From Auanema rhodensis (taxonomy: Eukaryota > Animalia > Nematoda), in NCBI GenBank assembly GCA_964057225.1, contig OZ059896.1:10726001-10790000 (forward strand): a stretch of 64,000 nt of DNA. Reading direction: 5' to 3'. The position numbers and the translations under genes were made by a program. Numbering within the stretch: position 1 is the first letter of the stretch; each line of letters opens with the position of its first letter. The notes under the pieces are model-generated. The model saw only the letters and a list, made by a program, of their open reading frames with translations. It ran no database searches and was not told the origin of the DNA. Positions 13,936-27,673 of the stretch are shown piece after piece.

Positions 13936-14146
13936 CTAATATTAATGAAATAAAAAATAAATAAATAAACTTCAAACACACCGTTGTCAGCCCCCGTATG
14001 TACAATGAAAATCACCAATTAAATTTGATTTGAGCTATATATAAAAAAATAGTCTTACACAGAAAAATTGCCCGGTTACAAAACAATTTGAAACTAATAA
14101 TTTTTATTGAAGATCTATGGAGAACCAAAGTTTGGTATTAGTGTCA

Positions 14147-14219
14147 GCCCGGTTAGCTCAGTCGGTAGAGCACCAGACTCTTAATCTGGCTGTCGCGGGT
14201 TCGAGCCCCGCATCGGGCT
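14147..14219 (+). tRNA. tRNA-Lys(CTT)
   Basis: GCCCGGT TAGCTCAGTCGGTAGAGC A CCAGA CT CTT AA TCTGG ... GGTTCGAGCCCCGC ATCGGGC T forms a cloverleaf with A/B boxes and a downstream T5. Confidence 0.97.
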
Positions 14220-15052
14220 TCAAGTTTTTGCATTTTGTTATGTGTATTTTCATTACTTTTAATTAAAAAAAAACTTTTAGTTATTTGAAATTTATAAAAA
14301 TCTATTCACTTTTCAATCACATGGTAAAAGCGGTTAAGCTAATCAAGTTACAAAAACAACGAAAAAACTTAATTATGATGAAACAGAAAAAACAAGAACA
14401 GGCCAGCATAGTGTACTTGTTAATGTTGAAACGAACAGAAACAAATCAGAAGCCCTGAACCGTAAGCATTATGTATAAATATAAATATAAATATATTTCT
14501 ATGAACGCCTAAATAGTTATTCAATTTATATAAAAATAAGCTTAAGAGAAAGACGAAATTGTAGCTTTTAATATAAATCTTTGACATTCAAGTTTCCAGT
14601 AAGAGGTAAGGAATTTCTATTGCAAAAGAGAAAAAGTTATGCAGCTACTTTACTGAATTTGATTTTTGCAAGAAAAGAAAGTATTGTAAAAGGGGTCCGC
14701 TTTCAATATTTTGGAGGTTAAACGAATAATGGAGCCTATTAGATACACGTAGTTCACTTTCTGGTCTCATTAAGGGTGCTTGCGTATACATTACAAAAAA
14801 AGTTTAGTATATATTTAAAATAAGAGTAATGTTTTAGACTAATTGATAAAAAAAATATTGTTTTTGGAAAATGACTGAATCTAATTGACGAGCTAACATA
14901 TGGTAGGAAGTTACTACCAAATGACACCGAATGACATTCTCTGCGGAATTTGAGTGACCAAAAAAGGCAGTTATTGAATTTTTGTGAGGAAATGATTAAG
15001 TAAAACTGATTAAGATGTTAAAAAATAGATAAACATCATGTAAACATTAAAA

Positions 15053-18000
15053 TTATTTGAAAAATGAGAAAACTTTGGAGCCAGCTCCTTCTACAAGACT
15101 GGATACATTTGAAACAGCAGCTGTAGCATTTCCAAGTGAAGATGGAAAGACAGATGATGGAGTTGAGCCATTTCCTATAAGATATAATATTAATTTTAAT
15201 TAATAGAACATGTATATATATACCTTGATCTTGTAATGCTACATTCGTCTCTTCGAGTTGAAGTCGTTTGCTGATGGATTGATAAACTCGTCCGTTAAGA
15301 CGTTCTTCATCAATACCATGCAATTCAAAATCAGAATAAACTTTCTTAACAAATTAAATAATTTTTTATGAAATAAATAAAATAAAATGAAATTACCTTA
15401 ACAATAAAACTAAGAGATTGAAATTGATATACAGATAAAGATTGTTGTAATCGTTCAGTTAGCCAATCATTGATCATTTTCATTTGACTATCATACCATT
15501 TCTAAATTTTTATATAAAAATATGTAAAATATTTACTTTATTTTACCTCAAATAAACGATTTACCCAAATTTCATCTGTTACAATTTGTCTAAGCTGTTC
15601 TGTGCATCCTCTCATAAAAGTTACATACGAGTTACCGATGTGTCCAGTGGATTTTTGTTGAGAGACAGGAGTTTTCTTAAATATAATGTGATACAATAAA
15701 TTTCTAAATTTCAAATTTATATCACAATACGATAAAAATTTCATTATAATATTAGGTTGGAAAGAATGTTCTTGCGCGTTTCTGTTTCTGATATTTTTTG
15801 AATTATCTGGCCGCTAAATAAAAAATAAACAAATTTTCGAGTTTTACAAGATAAAATATATTATTTCTGGCTTATCCCCAAGAACATTCTTTCCAAACTA
15901 ATATGTATATATATATATACATATATATATATTTGTATATTATATAGTTAAGAACAACGTACCGTAGGTGGGCCACCAGCACCACTTCCAGTAATATTCA
16001 TTCCTTGTTCGCCAACAATCGTTTTAACTTTATTGAAAATTGATGTTGGTTTTGGCTTAAGATTTTCATATTTTAATATAAATAACATTTTATATTTAAC
16101 TTACAGCCATAGATAACAATGCTCCAATAGGATTTCCTTCATCATATCGAGCTAATTTTCCCAATACAAATTCAAGAACTCCAATCATTTTATCTTGAAT
16201 GCATGAATCCATATCTCTTAACATTGTATCCAAAGTTTCATCTAATTTTGAATGATATTTATGCTGAAAATTAAAAAAAAGATTAGTTGTTGATAAATGA
16301 TTAACATACATCAGATGATTCATTTGTTACACGACTGGCTCTAGCTTTACTACTGAAGATGACGTTGATCATAACACAAATTTCTGATGGAAGTATATAA
16401 TCTGTGGTTTTTCGTGCTCTTTGCATCCATAAATCAAATTGTTGATAAGTACTGAATAGAATACTAGTTTAAATTAATTATAAACATGATACAAACCTAT
16501 TAGCTACTCTTGTTATCATGTCAGAAGTTAAGTTTCTCATTCTAATATGTAGATATCTTCGAAATTCTTCTTCTGGCCAATTTAAATCCACTACAAATCC
16601 ATGAAGAGCATCAAGCTTCCAATATATATCTTCAGATGTAGCACATCCTTCCCTATTATAACCAAGATATAAATTAAAATTTTTTGAATACTATAACATA
16701 CTTTCTTTGTTCCCATTTTTCTTTCACAAATCCTTTTTCAATCGCTTGAGCTACAGCTTGTTCCATCAGATCACAGTACCTGCTAACTAAAGGTTGGAAC
16801 TGGCATGTTAACTTCTTATGAAAAGTTCCTCCTTTAAGATACTCTGAAAACAAATTATTTCTGAATTATAAAAAAGAAATTCTAAATATACGTTCGCTCA
16901 TTAAGAAATCATTAAGCATTTGAAAAAGTGGAAAGGAATCCCATGTATCAGGCGGTTGAACTTCTAAAGCGGCATCCAGATCAACGGAATATAATGACCA
17001 AAATATTTCCGAATGATCAGCTAACAAATCAGAAAACCATGCGAAAGCCTAAAGAAAACATAAATTTCTGTTGTTATATCATTAAATAATTTAATAAGCA
17101 GTTGGTTAAACACGAATGTGACTATATTGAGATTCTAATATTATTCTCACAAATCTCAATATATTCACGTTGTTGTGAGAGGTTAATACGCTAAAAGCTT
17201 CACTCGAACAAACTCTAACAAGTACATGTTAGAAATAACACTCAAATAATTAGTATAAAATTCATATTGTATTATAATATATAAAATATTATTAATAAAA
17301 AAACTAATATATATATATATATTATATTATAATGTATGTATACACATACATATGTATTTCCATATACATATAGTTTACAGTATAAAATCTAAAAATTAGC
17401 GCGTGTAGTAACAAACACGAAATACAAGAAGCTTTAGGACAAGAACCGAAATATAGAAGAATCGATAATATTCAGATAGTTAAGAAATATTAATCGAAAT
17501 CTTTTTCGGTTATAGACATAACAATTTAGAAACTACAAACACTACTCTAAGCCATATAATAGAAAATTTTGTTTAAAACGAATAAACAAAAATAAACAAA
17601 ATATTTCTATTATTAACTATATTTAAAAAAAAAAAAGAAAAATAAATAAAAATAGATGAAATGATTGATGTTCATTTGTCTTACCCCTCGTAGCTGCTAA
17701 AAATAAAGAAGAAATAAAAAAGAAGGAAAATATAATATAACATATAACTTGTATATATTGGGAAGGAAAAGATAAACATAAAATATAGGATATTAGAGGA
17801 GAAAAGATATATTTCGTGCAATTTGAATATATATATTTGAATTTTGTTTCATAAATTTGATATTCAAACATAAAAAAATACCTCTCCGTGATGTTCTTCG
17901 TTTTCTTTTAGCAAATCTATACAGAATTCTGTCACTCGAACCATATCCTCTATTCTTTGAATGGGCGTGATGTTTTCTCCCATTCTTTCTATAAAAAAAA

Positions 18001-21000
18001 TAATTTTTGTACCATTTTAATTGAAATTTATAATGTTATTACGTTCTATTTTAGCTTCATTACATATACGAGTATAATTAACTAGAGCTGCGTCTTCAAG
18101 GCATTTTCGAATAACTCCACGAACTTCTTCAGGTGGAACTGGTGATACAACATCTTTCATTAAAACCTCAAATTTTATTTATTTATATAAAGAAATATAA
18201 TTCATGAATGTATATTACTTACCCGTTCTAGTAATGACAAAGTACCTTTCAAAGCTCCTTCTGGACGACCAAAAGGGAAGCAATATCTGAATAGCATTGA
18301 AATAACTTTAAATTATAGAAAAACAAAAATTTTACCGAAAATTAGTTATCTGCTTTTCCAGTAAAACTCGTAAACGTTCCTTAATTTCTTGGAATTTCTC
18401 TTTTTCTTCTAATGTTACAGTTCCAACACCTTCTGGCTTATATGGTTCACTTGCACTTTAATAACAAAAATTTAAATTGAATTTACAATATTAGGGAAAT
18501 ACCTATGTTCTGCCCTATTACCATGTACATGACTTGCACAAAATGCAAAAGAATAATGTATTAGAGTTGGATCAATTAAATGTCCTTCATCTGCTTTATC
18601 TAATAATGCTCGAAGCAATGCTATATGACGATAGCATCCTCGAACCATGTATCTAGCGCAATATTCATCTAATACAAAAACTTGAGCAGGAGAGAACCAT
18701 CCCTTAAATTAAATTTTGAATAATATCAACTTGAACTAGGCTGAATTTCTGCTTGTAGCGAAGCTTGAATACATTTGCTTACCAGAGAACAGATAGGCTC
18801 TCCCAACCTATGAATCAAAACTTGTGTTTGAACATGTTCAAAAGAATGCTGTTGATTCAGAGACATTGGATCAGCCTAAGAAAATGATTAATTGAAAAAC
18901 AAAAAAAATTGAAAGAAACCTGAATTATTTCATCCATTCCATGCTTTGATGCTTTATCTTGAAAACCTTGAGCTTTAGGAGTAACTGTTGACTGTTTAGG
19001 TGGAACTGGCTTATATGCTTGACCAGTAGCACGATATAAAGCCTTGAATATATTAGAAATAAAAGAAATATACGAAGAAATATTTTACCTGAACCCACAT
19101 ATGACGTTCATTTTCATCATCAGTTGCTAATTTCAGTTCATCACCTTCTTTAATGGCAGTAAAAAAGAATTTACCACCATTCGAAGAAAGTTCTATGAAA
19201 ATTTAAAATTTACAAAGAAATATCAATTATTCAATTGTATACCTTGATCAGGCTCTGGCATATAATCTATTGTAAATCCATCAAGTTGTTGAAATTCTGT
19301 TGGCTCTGATTTCTTTTCTCGGAACGAACATATGGCAAAAGTATATTGTGAAACTTGAACTAAGCAGAAAAATCGTCTTTTCCATTTTCTCCATACTGAT
19401 CGACCCATACAATAGCAATAACCACAATATTTTAAGTTAGGTGGCTTATCAACTCTAAAAAATTAATATAATTACTAATTATATATGTAATATATGTGAT
19501 TTAACCTTATAGCAATTCGTATTTTCAAACTTTGATCTTGACTATTCTTAGGTATTGTCATAGTATACCATTCAGGCGATCGAGAACAGTTTGGAGTTGG
19601 TTGAATGATAACCTATAAATAATAATATTAATTAATAAATAATAATAATAGAATATAAAAATTACTTTTCCTAGTTCTTTATCTTCAAATGATACAATAC
19701 TCTTAACTTCACTATATAGCTTGACTTTAACCACAGGAAGAACATTTTTTGTAGAAAAATCTCCTTGTGTATCCCAGCTATAAGAATAAATATAATTTTA
19801 TTTTTATTTATTCTAACTTACGATGGCTTAGATGCTTCAGCATGATCTGTTTGAAGTTTATGTCCATCAACTTCCATTGTACAGTACACAATACGATTTG
19901 GTTGTAATGACTTTAATCCTTTAACTTCCATCACAACAACCTTTAATTATAAATAAATTATATTATTATATAAATAATTTTATAAATTACTTCCATATTA
20001 AGTGTAAGACAAACATCTGACTTCGTTAATATTACTTCTTGATCTTCACTTTCTGTTTTATTCAAAGATCCAGAACTTGTCCGACGTTTCAAACTGAAAA
20101 TAAATAAATTGAATTCATATTATATATTTTATTATTTTGTTAATTTTTCAAATCATATAAGAAGCTTTAAATCATTTTGTTTCTCGCACTAAATAAGCTA
20201 TTAGATCATCTGGCAATAGACAAAAAAAAAGTTCTGTAACTATTATTGTTTGAACGCTAATTAGAATTTGAAATTTTTTTACATTCAATTATAAAAAAAG
20301 CGACAAATAGCGGCAACACTCCTTTTATGCTCAAACTTAGATATCTAAATCTTACTTCAACACTTAAAAACTGATTATTAAACCTAATAATTAACTTTTT
20401 TTTTTAATTTAAAAAAGTTGTAAATATTATACAAATAAAACAAAACAAAGAGGCATCATTCCAAGAAGGGCATATTTTTCAGAAATTTATTTCTAATCTA
20501 TAAGGTGTGAGAAGGTTAGTTCATTCCAGAAAATATTTGTCAAAACTACTTTCTTTTCTTTTTTTTTGGTTTTTTAACTATATAGTAATAAGATCAGGCA
20601 AACGGATGCTGAAATATATACACATGTATACTATATCATATATATATGTATAAAAATATAATTTTTATACATATTTATATAATTATACATATATACATAT
20701 ACATATACATATATATATGAATATAAAAAAAAAGATAACATAAAGCAGTTAGCCTACAGCACTCAATAACCTAATCTTTTAGATAAATACATATATGTAT
20801 ATTTATATCTTTATATACATATATACATATATATATATATATATTAAGATGAGGCCGAATTTAAAACTTTATCAATTTAAAGTTTTAAATTTTGGTTTTG
20901 ATTTGAAAGCATCATCCATGTTTATCAGAAGCAGCAGCCAAGAGCAGCCACGAGCAAGTTTGAAAGCAAACCTGTTAAATAGCGATAAGTCCTCTATGCT

Positions 21001-24000
21001 TCGAGATCTAGAAAAAGAAAAGAACAAACTACTTTAATATAATTAAATTGAAAAGGAAAAGTAAAAATTGAAAAGATTGTTGTTTTATTTTGTTGAAAAT
21101 AGTGCGAAAGTGTGTGATGAAATCAGGTGAAACTGCTGTGAACTAGCTGTGTATTGTGCAGTGATTATAGTCGATGATTCCCATTTAGACAGATCTTATA
21201 ACTCAGCATGCACTCTTCTATATAGCTATGTGATATTTCGTGATTATTTCCCCCTATATGTATATAGATAGATTGAAAAAAATAATAATTTTAGTAATTT
21301 GTTAAAATAGGGAAGAAATAGTCGAAAAGAATTGTGATGCAAGTTACATGCTATAAGCTGTGTCATTAAAATATCATCAACGTTTCAGCAGTATGTTGAA
21401 GAAAATATATCAAAAAATAGATTCTATTTGGAATTTTTACAAGTGAATAGTGTTTTTTAATGTTTTTTCTTGTTATTTTTAAAAATTCGTCAAATAAAAC
21501 AAAAGAAATAATTAGTATAAATGGTTTGAGTTCAGTCAGTTGACGAATTTTATGTGATTCTGGAGATAGAGACCAGAATAGGAAAAGAAAGATGTGAATT
21601 AGAAATGTTAAAAATCATTCCAAAGGACAGTTAAAGAAGACAAAACAAACATGTATATTTGTCTTTAATAGGATAGAAACACAGACAATAAATGAATGAA
21701 TTTGAAAGAAAAATAAAAGAATAGATAGGAGAAGTAGAAGAATCAGATAAATATCCGATTAACATACCGTTTGTTCTTTGTGTTGTTACTGAAAAAAATG
21801 GAAAAACGTTAGAAGAAAAGTTATTATTTGGATTAAATGAAGTTAATAACTGTATATTTGAATAGTTAAATAAAGATATTTCCTTCCAGTTAGGGAAGAT
21901 AAAGAGAAGAATACTATTTTCAGCTGAAGTATAGTTCAGCAAAAATATAATTTTAATCCTCTTTACTTGTATTTATAAGAATAGTAATTATAAAGAAAAT
22001 ATAATATAAAAGATCATACCGAGATTTATCTTTCCGTTTTCCACCTCCTGTCCCACGTGGAGCCACTGGCACTGATTCGAGATTGGAAATGAGCATTGAA
22101 ACAGATTGCCTAACTTCATCCATATATAACGTTTCCATATCTTTTACAACAAATTTTGGCATATGTCTACGCATCTTGATAAGAAATAATATTATTATTT
22201 TTCTTTTTTTGAAATATTATATTACTTTGACAATATCTTTTAAACATTCTTCTCGTAATCCAACTTCACGTCTAATTGTTGCAGCTTGTTCATCAGGATT
22301 GTCAAGCTATATAAAAATATATAATTCTAAGTTTTTAACAGCATTTCAAACCTGTAGAGCATTAAAGATAATTTGATGTTCAAATTTCTTAACAGCTAAT
22401 ATTTGTTGAAACATATCATACATTTGTTCTTTGCTGAGAACCATATCGCTTTGTGCTTCCTTTACTTGATTTCGACCTCGTAATCTTAAAAAATTAAATT
22501 TTTAAATTTAAAATTGAAAAATATATGTTCTACCTTCCTTTTTGATTATCATCATCACCCTTGCATATGGCATCATATTTTGCTAACCATGCTGATAATA
22601 CCATATCTTTTGATAATCCTTCGATTTCAGGTAATGAACGTATTCGTTTTTCAATATTTAAACGAAAAACCTATAACATTATCAAATTAAATATAATTAT
22701 ATTTTAGAAAATGATTATATATAATACCTCTCGAAAATCATGCATTGAAAAACCTCCAGCATTAACAACTTTTTGCACACGTTCAGACTTAAGAAATACT
22801 TCATGATAGCTTTGTATAGCTTTGATTAATGCTTCATCTGCTGGTATATTTGTTTCACCTTTTAAAAAGCTTGCAAATCTAAAATAAATCCATGTTTAAT
22901 CCAATATAATACTCTCTAACCTGTCTTTTAATCGTGCTAATTCTGGTTTTGTAACCTTCATCTGTCTTCTAGCCATATCTGTTGGTAATTTAGCATTGAA
23001 GTGATAAGCTATACAACGAGCAACAAAAACATAAAGTTGAAGATTTTGTTTATGATCTTCTTCTTCTTTCTCAGCTCTAAAAATATTTTTATTTTTCACA
23101 TTTTATTTAAGGAAATGAGTACAAAATACTCACCGTATCCTTTCTTGTTCTTCTTTGGTAAGTGAAGTTTCTTCATTGGCTTGTAATATCAAAGCTTCAT
23201 CCTCATCAGCTTCATTATCTGATATATCTTGAGATGATTGAAATTGTGGCCGTGATGCAGATGATGTATTCCGAATCTGAAAACAAACAAAAAAAATGTT
23301 AAAAGTCATATCCATTAATTCATTAGCAATTATAATAAACATTTCCAACAACATTTCAAATTTCAATTAACTATAATATATGGTTTAAAAAAGTAGAAAA
23401 GGAATGTTTTCATGAAACTAATGAAGTTGATTGTAGAATTTTCTTATTTTTTTTATAATTTTCTTTGTAATATTCATTTCTTCTTTCATTTATGTATGCA
23501 TTAGTATTCTTCAATGTGTTGATTCCCTTATTTGAACATCATTGTCTATTTTCATTAACTCTTCAAGTTTTACAGCTTAGTTAATTTTCTCAGTTCGTAA
23601 ATGAATGAAAAGATAGTATTATTTTCAAAAAAGGAAAGAAAAGAAAAGAAAAAGAATTGTGAACTAGTTTAATTAAAGTTCATTTAAATGATAGAACTTA
23701 CAGATCGTGCTGGTGTTTGACTATGTGAGGAACCTTTTCGTCGATAGGTGCTACTACTGTTATTTCTTTTCAATGAGTTTGTCTGAAATTTAATTAGTTT
23801 TAATGGAAAATTAGAAATGATTGGACCTGTGAAACAGAATCTGAAGGGGCTGGTGATGTAGAATGTGGAGGAGAAGTAGTACATTGATTAGTACCAGTTA
23901 GAAGTTTTTTCTTGTAACAATAATTAACTTGAAGCTGAAAATATATAATAATTTATGAAACGGAATATAAATATTTTTCATTTTTATTATTAGCTTCATT

Positions 24001-25118
24001 AACTTTTCCTATTTTCTTCATGAATTGCCTTGCTTTTCTATAAACATATGATATTCTGAGTTCTAGAACACATAGTAATGGGACCATCATTTGTTCCTAC
24101 TCTATGTATATCAAGAATCTAAAGACCATGTGGACCAAACATTTTAAAGCTGATGTGCTGAAGACTCGATAGACATAAGCAAAAATGGAAGGAAAAGCCT
24201 CAAGCCGTCAATTGGCCCGAAGAAATCGGATACTTCGCCCCTGGGCAGTCGAAAAATGCTGTGTCGGATTGTGCATGATGAATAGCCAGAATAAGAAGAT
24301 GAAGAAACAGAAGAAGAAAAGGAAAAATATGGACATTTGGGTGAGATGTGAGATGAAACTGAAGGAGACGAAGTTTGTCAAACAACCAAATGAACTTCTA
24401 AGCTTTTCCTGAGAGAAAGATTAAAACTATAACAAAATATTTTATGAATGAAAAGAAATATTATTATATATTTCAAAATTAAATATATTATATAAAAATA
24501 AATAAATATACTTGTATAAATATATATAAATATACATATATGTATTTATATAAATATATGAATAAAAAATGAAATGATGTAAATAGAAATAAAAGAAATA
24601 GAACAGATAATAAATGGGAAACCCTGCTCCCACCATCTCAACTTTCAATTTTCCAACTGTTCATTGTATCTTATTTTCTTATTACGTTTCACAAGGAATA
24701 AAATTAGTTATAACATCATTAAAAACAATTAATTTTATAAATTATAAATATAAAAAGAAAAATATTTTAAAGGAAAACTATTAATTTACAACTAAAAGCT
24801 TCTTACAGCTCTATAAATCTTAAATGAAAGCTTTTCAAATAAGTTAATATGGTTATACACTGAACCATAAATTGCTTGAGGTTAATATTATGTGGAAAAA
24901 CTGAACAACCATAGTTAGGCTAGCAGAATTTAGCATTCATAGCTTTCAACTATGTACATTAGGTTCAAAGAAAAATGCCGTACAGAAAACAATACTAAAT
25001 TTTTAAAAATTCAAATAAAATGATTTTTAAATTCATTGAAAAAGGATATATTCTAACTTACTTCATCTTCATTCACAAAATCATCATCATCATCTTCACT
25101 ACTACTGGCACCTAACAT
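15053..25118 (-). CDS. unc-31: CAPS / calcium-dependent secretion activator (dense-core vesicle priming); multi-exon
   Basis: Starts [14 protein letters not shown] at 25118, behind tttag. Motifs [41 protein letters not shown] domain [42 protein letters not shown]. Ends [13 protein letters not shown] at 15053. Confidence 0.96.
15752..15901. mobile_element. 150-bp mariner-type MITE in an unc-31 intron
   Basis: TIRs ttaggttggaaagaatgttcttg / caagaacattctttccaaactaa (23 bp, 1 mismatch), flanked by TA on both sides (15750-51, 15902-03). No coding capacity. Confidence 0.85.
17685..17696 (-). other. Predicted 12-nt microexon of unc-31 (QLRG)
   Basis: ttttag|CAGCTACGAGGG|gtaag, phase 0, between exons ending EHHGE and starting AFAWF. 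Flanking introns are unusually long. Confidence 0.7.
20972..21007 (-). other. Predicted 36-nt cassette exon of unc-31 (adds [12 protein letters not shown])
   Basis: ttttctag|ATCTCGAAGC...TTTAACAG|gtttgc is a symmetric phase-2 exon inside a ~1.9-kb intron. The frame is kept with or without it. Confidence 0.75.
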
Positions 25119-27561
25119 GCTAAAATACAAATAAATGAGTATTAAATAATAATGAATAACATATAATATAGAAAATTATATGAAATATATAAAAAAATAT
25201 GTTATTATTATAAAGAAAAGCATTGGAACTTAAAGAGAAAACGACAGAAGTTAGAAGGAGGAAGGGTGTAGATAAACATTGAAAAAAGTCCTAATAGTTG
25301 AGATCAACGAAGGCTCTAATGAGAAGATGAAAGGCAAAAAAGGGTGTGCATGGATGTGGAAAATAGGAAAAAAGCTAAAAACATGGAGAAAAGATTAGAA
25401 AGGCAAGTTTTTGAATGAATGCTTCAACGACAAATATCAAATTCAAAAATAAGGAACAGGCATGTACATGTCATTTGGAAACTAATGCTTTGTTGCTATG
25501 TTTTAAGAAAAATTAGAACGATATTTGCACGAAAATGATAATGGAGAATGACAAAAGTAATTTAAGATAAAATGGAAAAAAGAACGAATCAGATAGAAAC
25601 AAAGAAGAAGATAAAGACATAATGATGAGCATAAATAGATATTAGGTTGTAAGAGTTGGTGGGGGAGGGTAAGAGAAGTGAAAACCACCCAAGAGGTACT
25701 TCAAGAATTTCCTGCACAGCTTGTTTCCTTCTTTGGTGGATGCTGTTATGAGGATGGATAAAGGAGAAACAGAGAGAGAAACAGAGAGAGAGAGAGAGAG
25801 AGATAGAGAGAGACAGAGAGAGAGAGAGGGAACAAGGGAGAGAGAATAAGAAAATGCATAAGATGAGAAGCAATATAATAGTTATAGTGAAATAAGGAAG
25901 TGCTATAAACAAAATTTGTCATTTGAAGCGAAATTGTAAAAAAAAATAAAACAGTATCACTATAAAAGCATTATTTTGAAGATGCTTTCATCTAAAACTT
26001 AAAGAATAAAAAATGAAAAGATACTAGATAATGGATATGAAGAGAAAAATGAATTAAGATAAAGAGAGAAAAACAGAGGGAACGAAAGAAAAAGAGAGAA
26101 AAGCTTAAAAAGGATTGTGGAATCGGTGTATGAGAAACATAAGAGAATTTAACAGCATTGATGAATAAGAGAGCAAGAAAACACAGTAGAGGAAAAGAAA
26201 ATGAGACTGAGTGAAAGACAGAAATAGTATGAGAGACTGAAAAAGGAAAAGAGAGGTAGAGATATAGAGAGTTGTGGAGTGGCCAGCTGCAAATGACATA
26301 TTGACAATGAAAGCCAGAGAGAAGGAAACATGAACTGGTTAACCAGTCATACAGAGAAAACGAGAAAGTATATTTCTTCTACAATTCCTCTTGAGCCTTT
26401 GTTGCTCTAGAACAACGAAACCACTTTCTTTCTTAAAGTTATTAGAGGACAGATCATTTATATTAATTTTAAAAATAATAATTAAGAAATATTATAAATA
26501 AATAAATATAATTAATTTTAAAAAAATTCTATAATACAAATTAAAAATAAAATAAAATATTAATTTATATATACATATTCGATACAGTCATATATAAATA
26601 TATGTAAATATTTGAATTAATTGGATTTCCAAGAGATCTATCGGTGAAATTAAAATTTGCTCAAATGTATTAAGATATGAATACGCTTTAAAATTATAAT
26701 TAAATTTTGAAATTTAAAACTTAAAAAAGGAAAAAGGTTTTTGATTGAGAAATACTTTTGAAAAAATACTTAAATGAGAAAGGGAGAGAGAAAGAGAGAA
26801 AGAGAGAGAGAGATAAGGGGGGAGGTTGGAGAAGGTTAGAGATATTTAAAAAATGAAATAGTAAAGTCTAGAATTATATATATTAGATAGAGAGAGAGAG
26901 AGAAAGGGGGAGATTAAAGAGAAACGGTTCAATACCTTGTTCCGTTAATAAATGACTTAAATGGCAGTTTGAGAAAGAGGGAATGAAATATGATGTCTTT
27001 ACGTGAAACGGGCTTCACAGTCAACTAATAGTTGATGTTAAACAGCTAAAAGAATTTGAAATTGTTATAAAATCAGTAATATTATGGAATTGGTTTTTCT
27101 TGTTAAAAAAAAAGAATATTTATATAATTATACATATCTATATACATATATATGGATAGATAGAGATATATAGGTGTGCGATTTTCAAATATATTTTTTG
27201 AAAGATGAAAAAAATATTCAGATATGCATATACATATGTATAAGTACATGAATATACATGGATTTACGAAAAAAAAGAGAATAAATAGAAAAATGTACTT
27301 TAATAAGAAATAATTATTTAGTTTCAAATTATTATAATCATTTATAATATTAAATATAATTGATAAATTACATATATATATATATATGTATATATGTATA
27401 TGAAATATAATAGAATTAATTATAAAAAGCAAAATACGAAAAAGAAGAGAATTTTATTGGAAATAAATATTTGAATAACAAATATAAAGAATCACTATCT
27501 TATATGATAATAATGATATTATCATTAAGCTTAATGATATTGAAAAAGTTCAAAAATAGTT

Positions 27562-27564
<3 letters not shown>

Positions 27565-27611
<47 letters not shown>

Positions 27612-27673
27612 GAGAGAGAGAGAAACAGAGAGAGAGAGAGAAACAGAGAGAGAGAGAAACAGAGAGAGAGAGA
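27565..27673. repeat. (GA)n microsatellite with periodic aaac interruptions
   Basis: Seen directly. Similar tracts at ~25770-25830, ~30915-30945 and ~34703-34792. Confidence 0.95.

Noticed and set aside
13990-14025. LTR or primer-binding site upstream of the gag-like gene
   Set aside because: TGGTGATTTT does not extend into a recognisable tRNA 3' complement, and no direct repeat flanks the ORF.
14860-14960. Alternative last exon of unc-31
   Set aside because: An acceptor and open frame exist, but the peptide is unrecognisable and the upstream exon already gives a convincing C-terminus.
24040-24410. Extra coding exon of unc-31
   Set aside because: The phase-0 frame from the acceptor near 24408 reaches a stop. 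Exon 1 joins cleanly to the exon at 23934.
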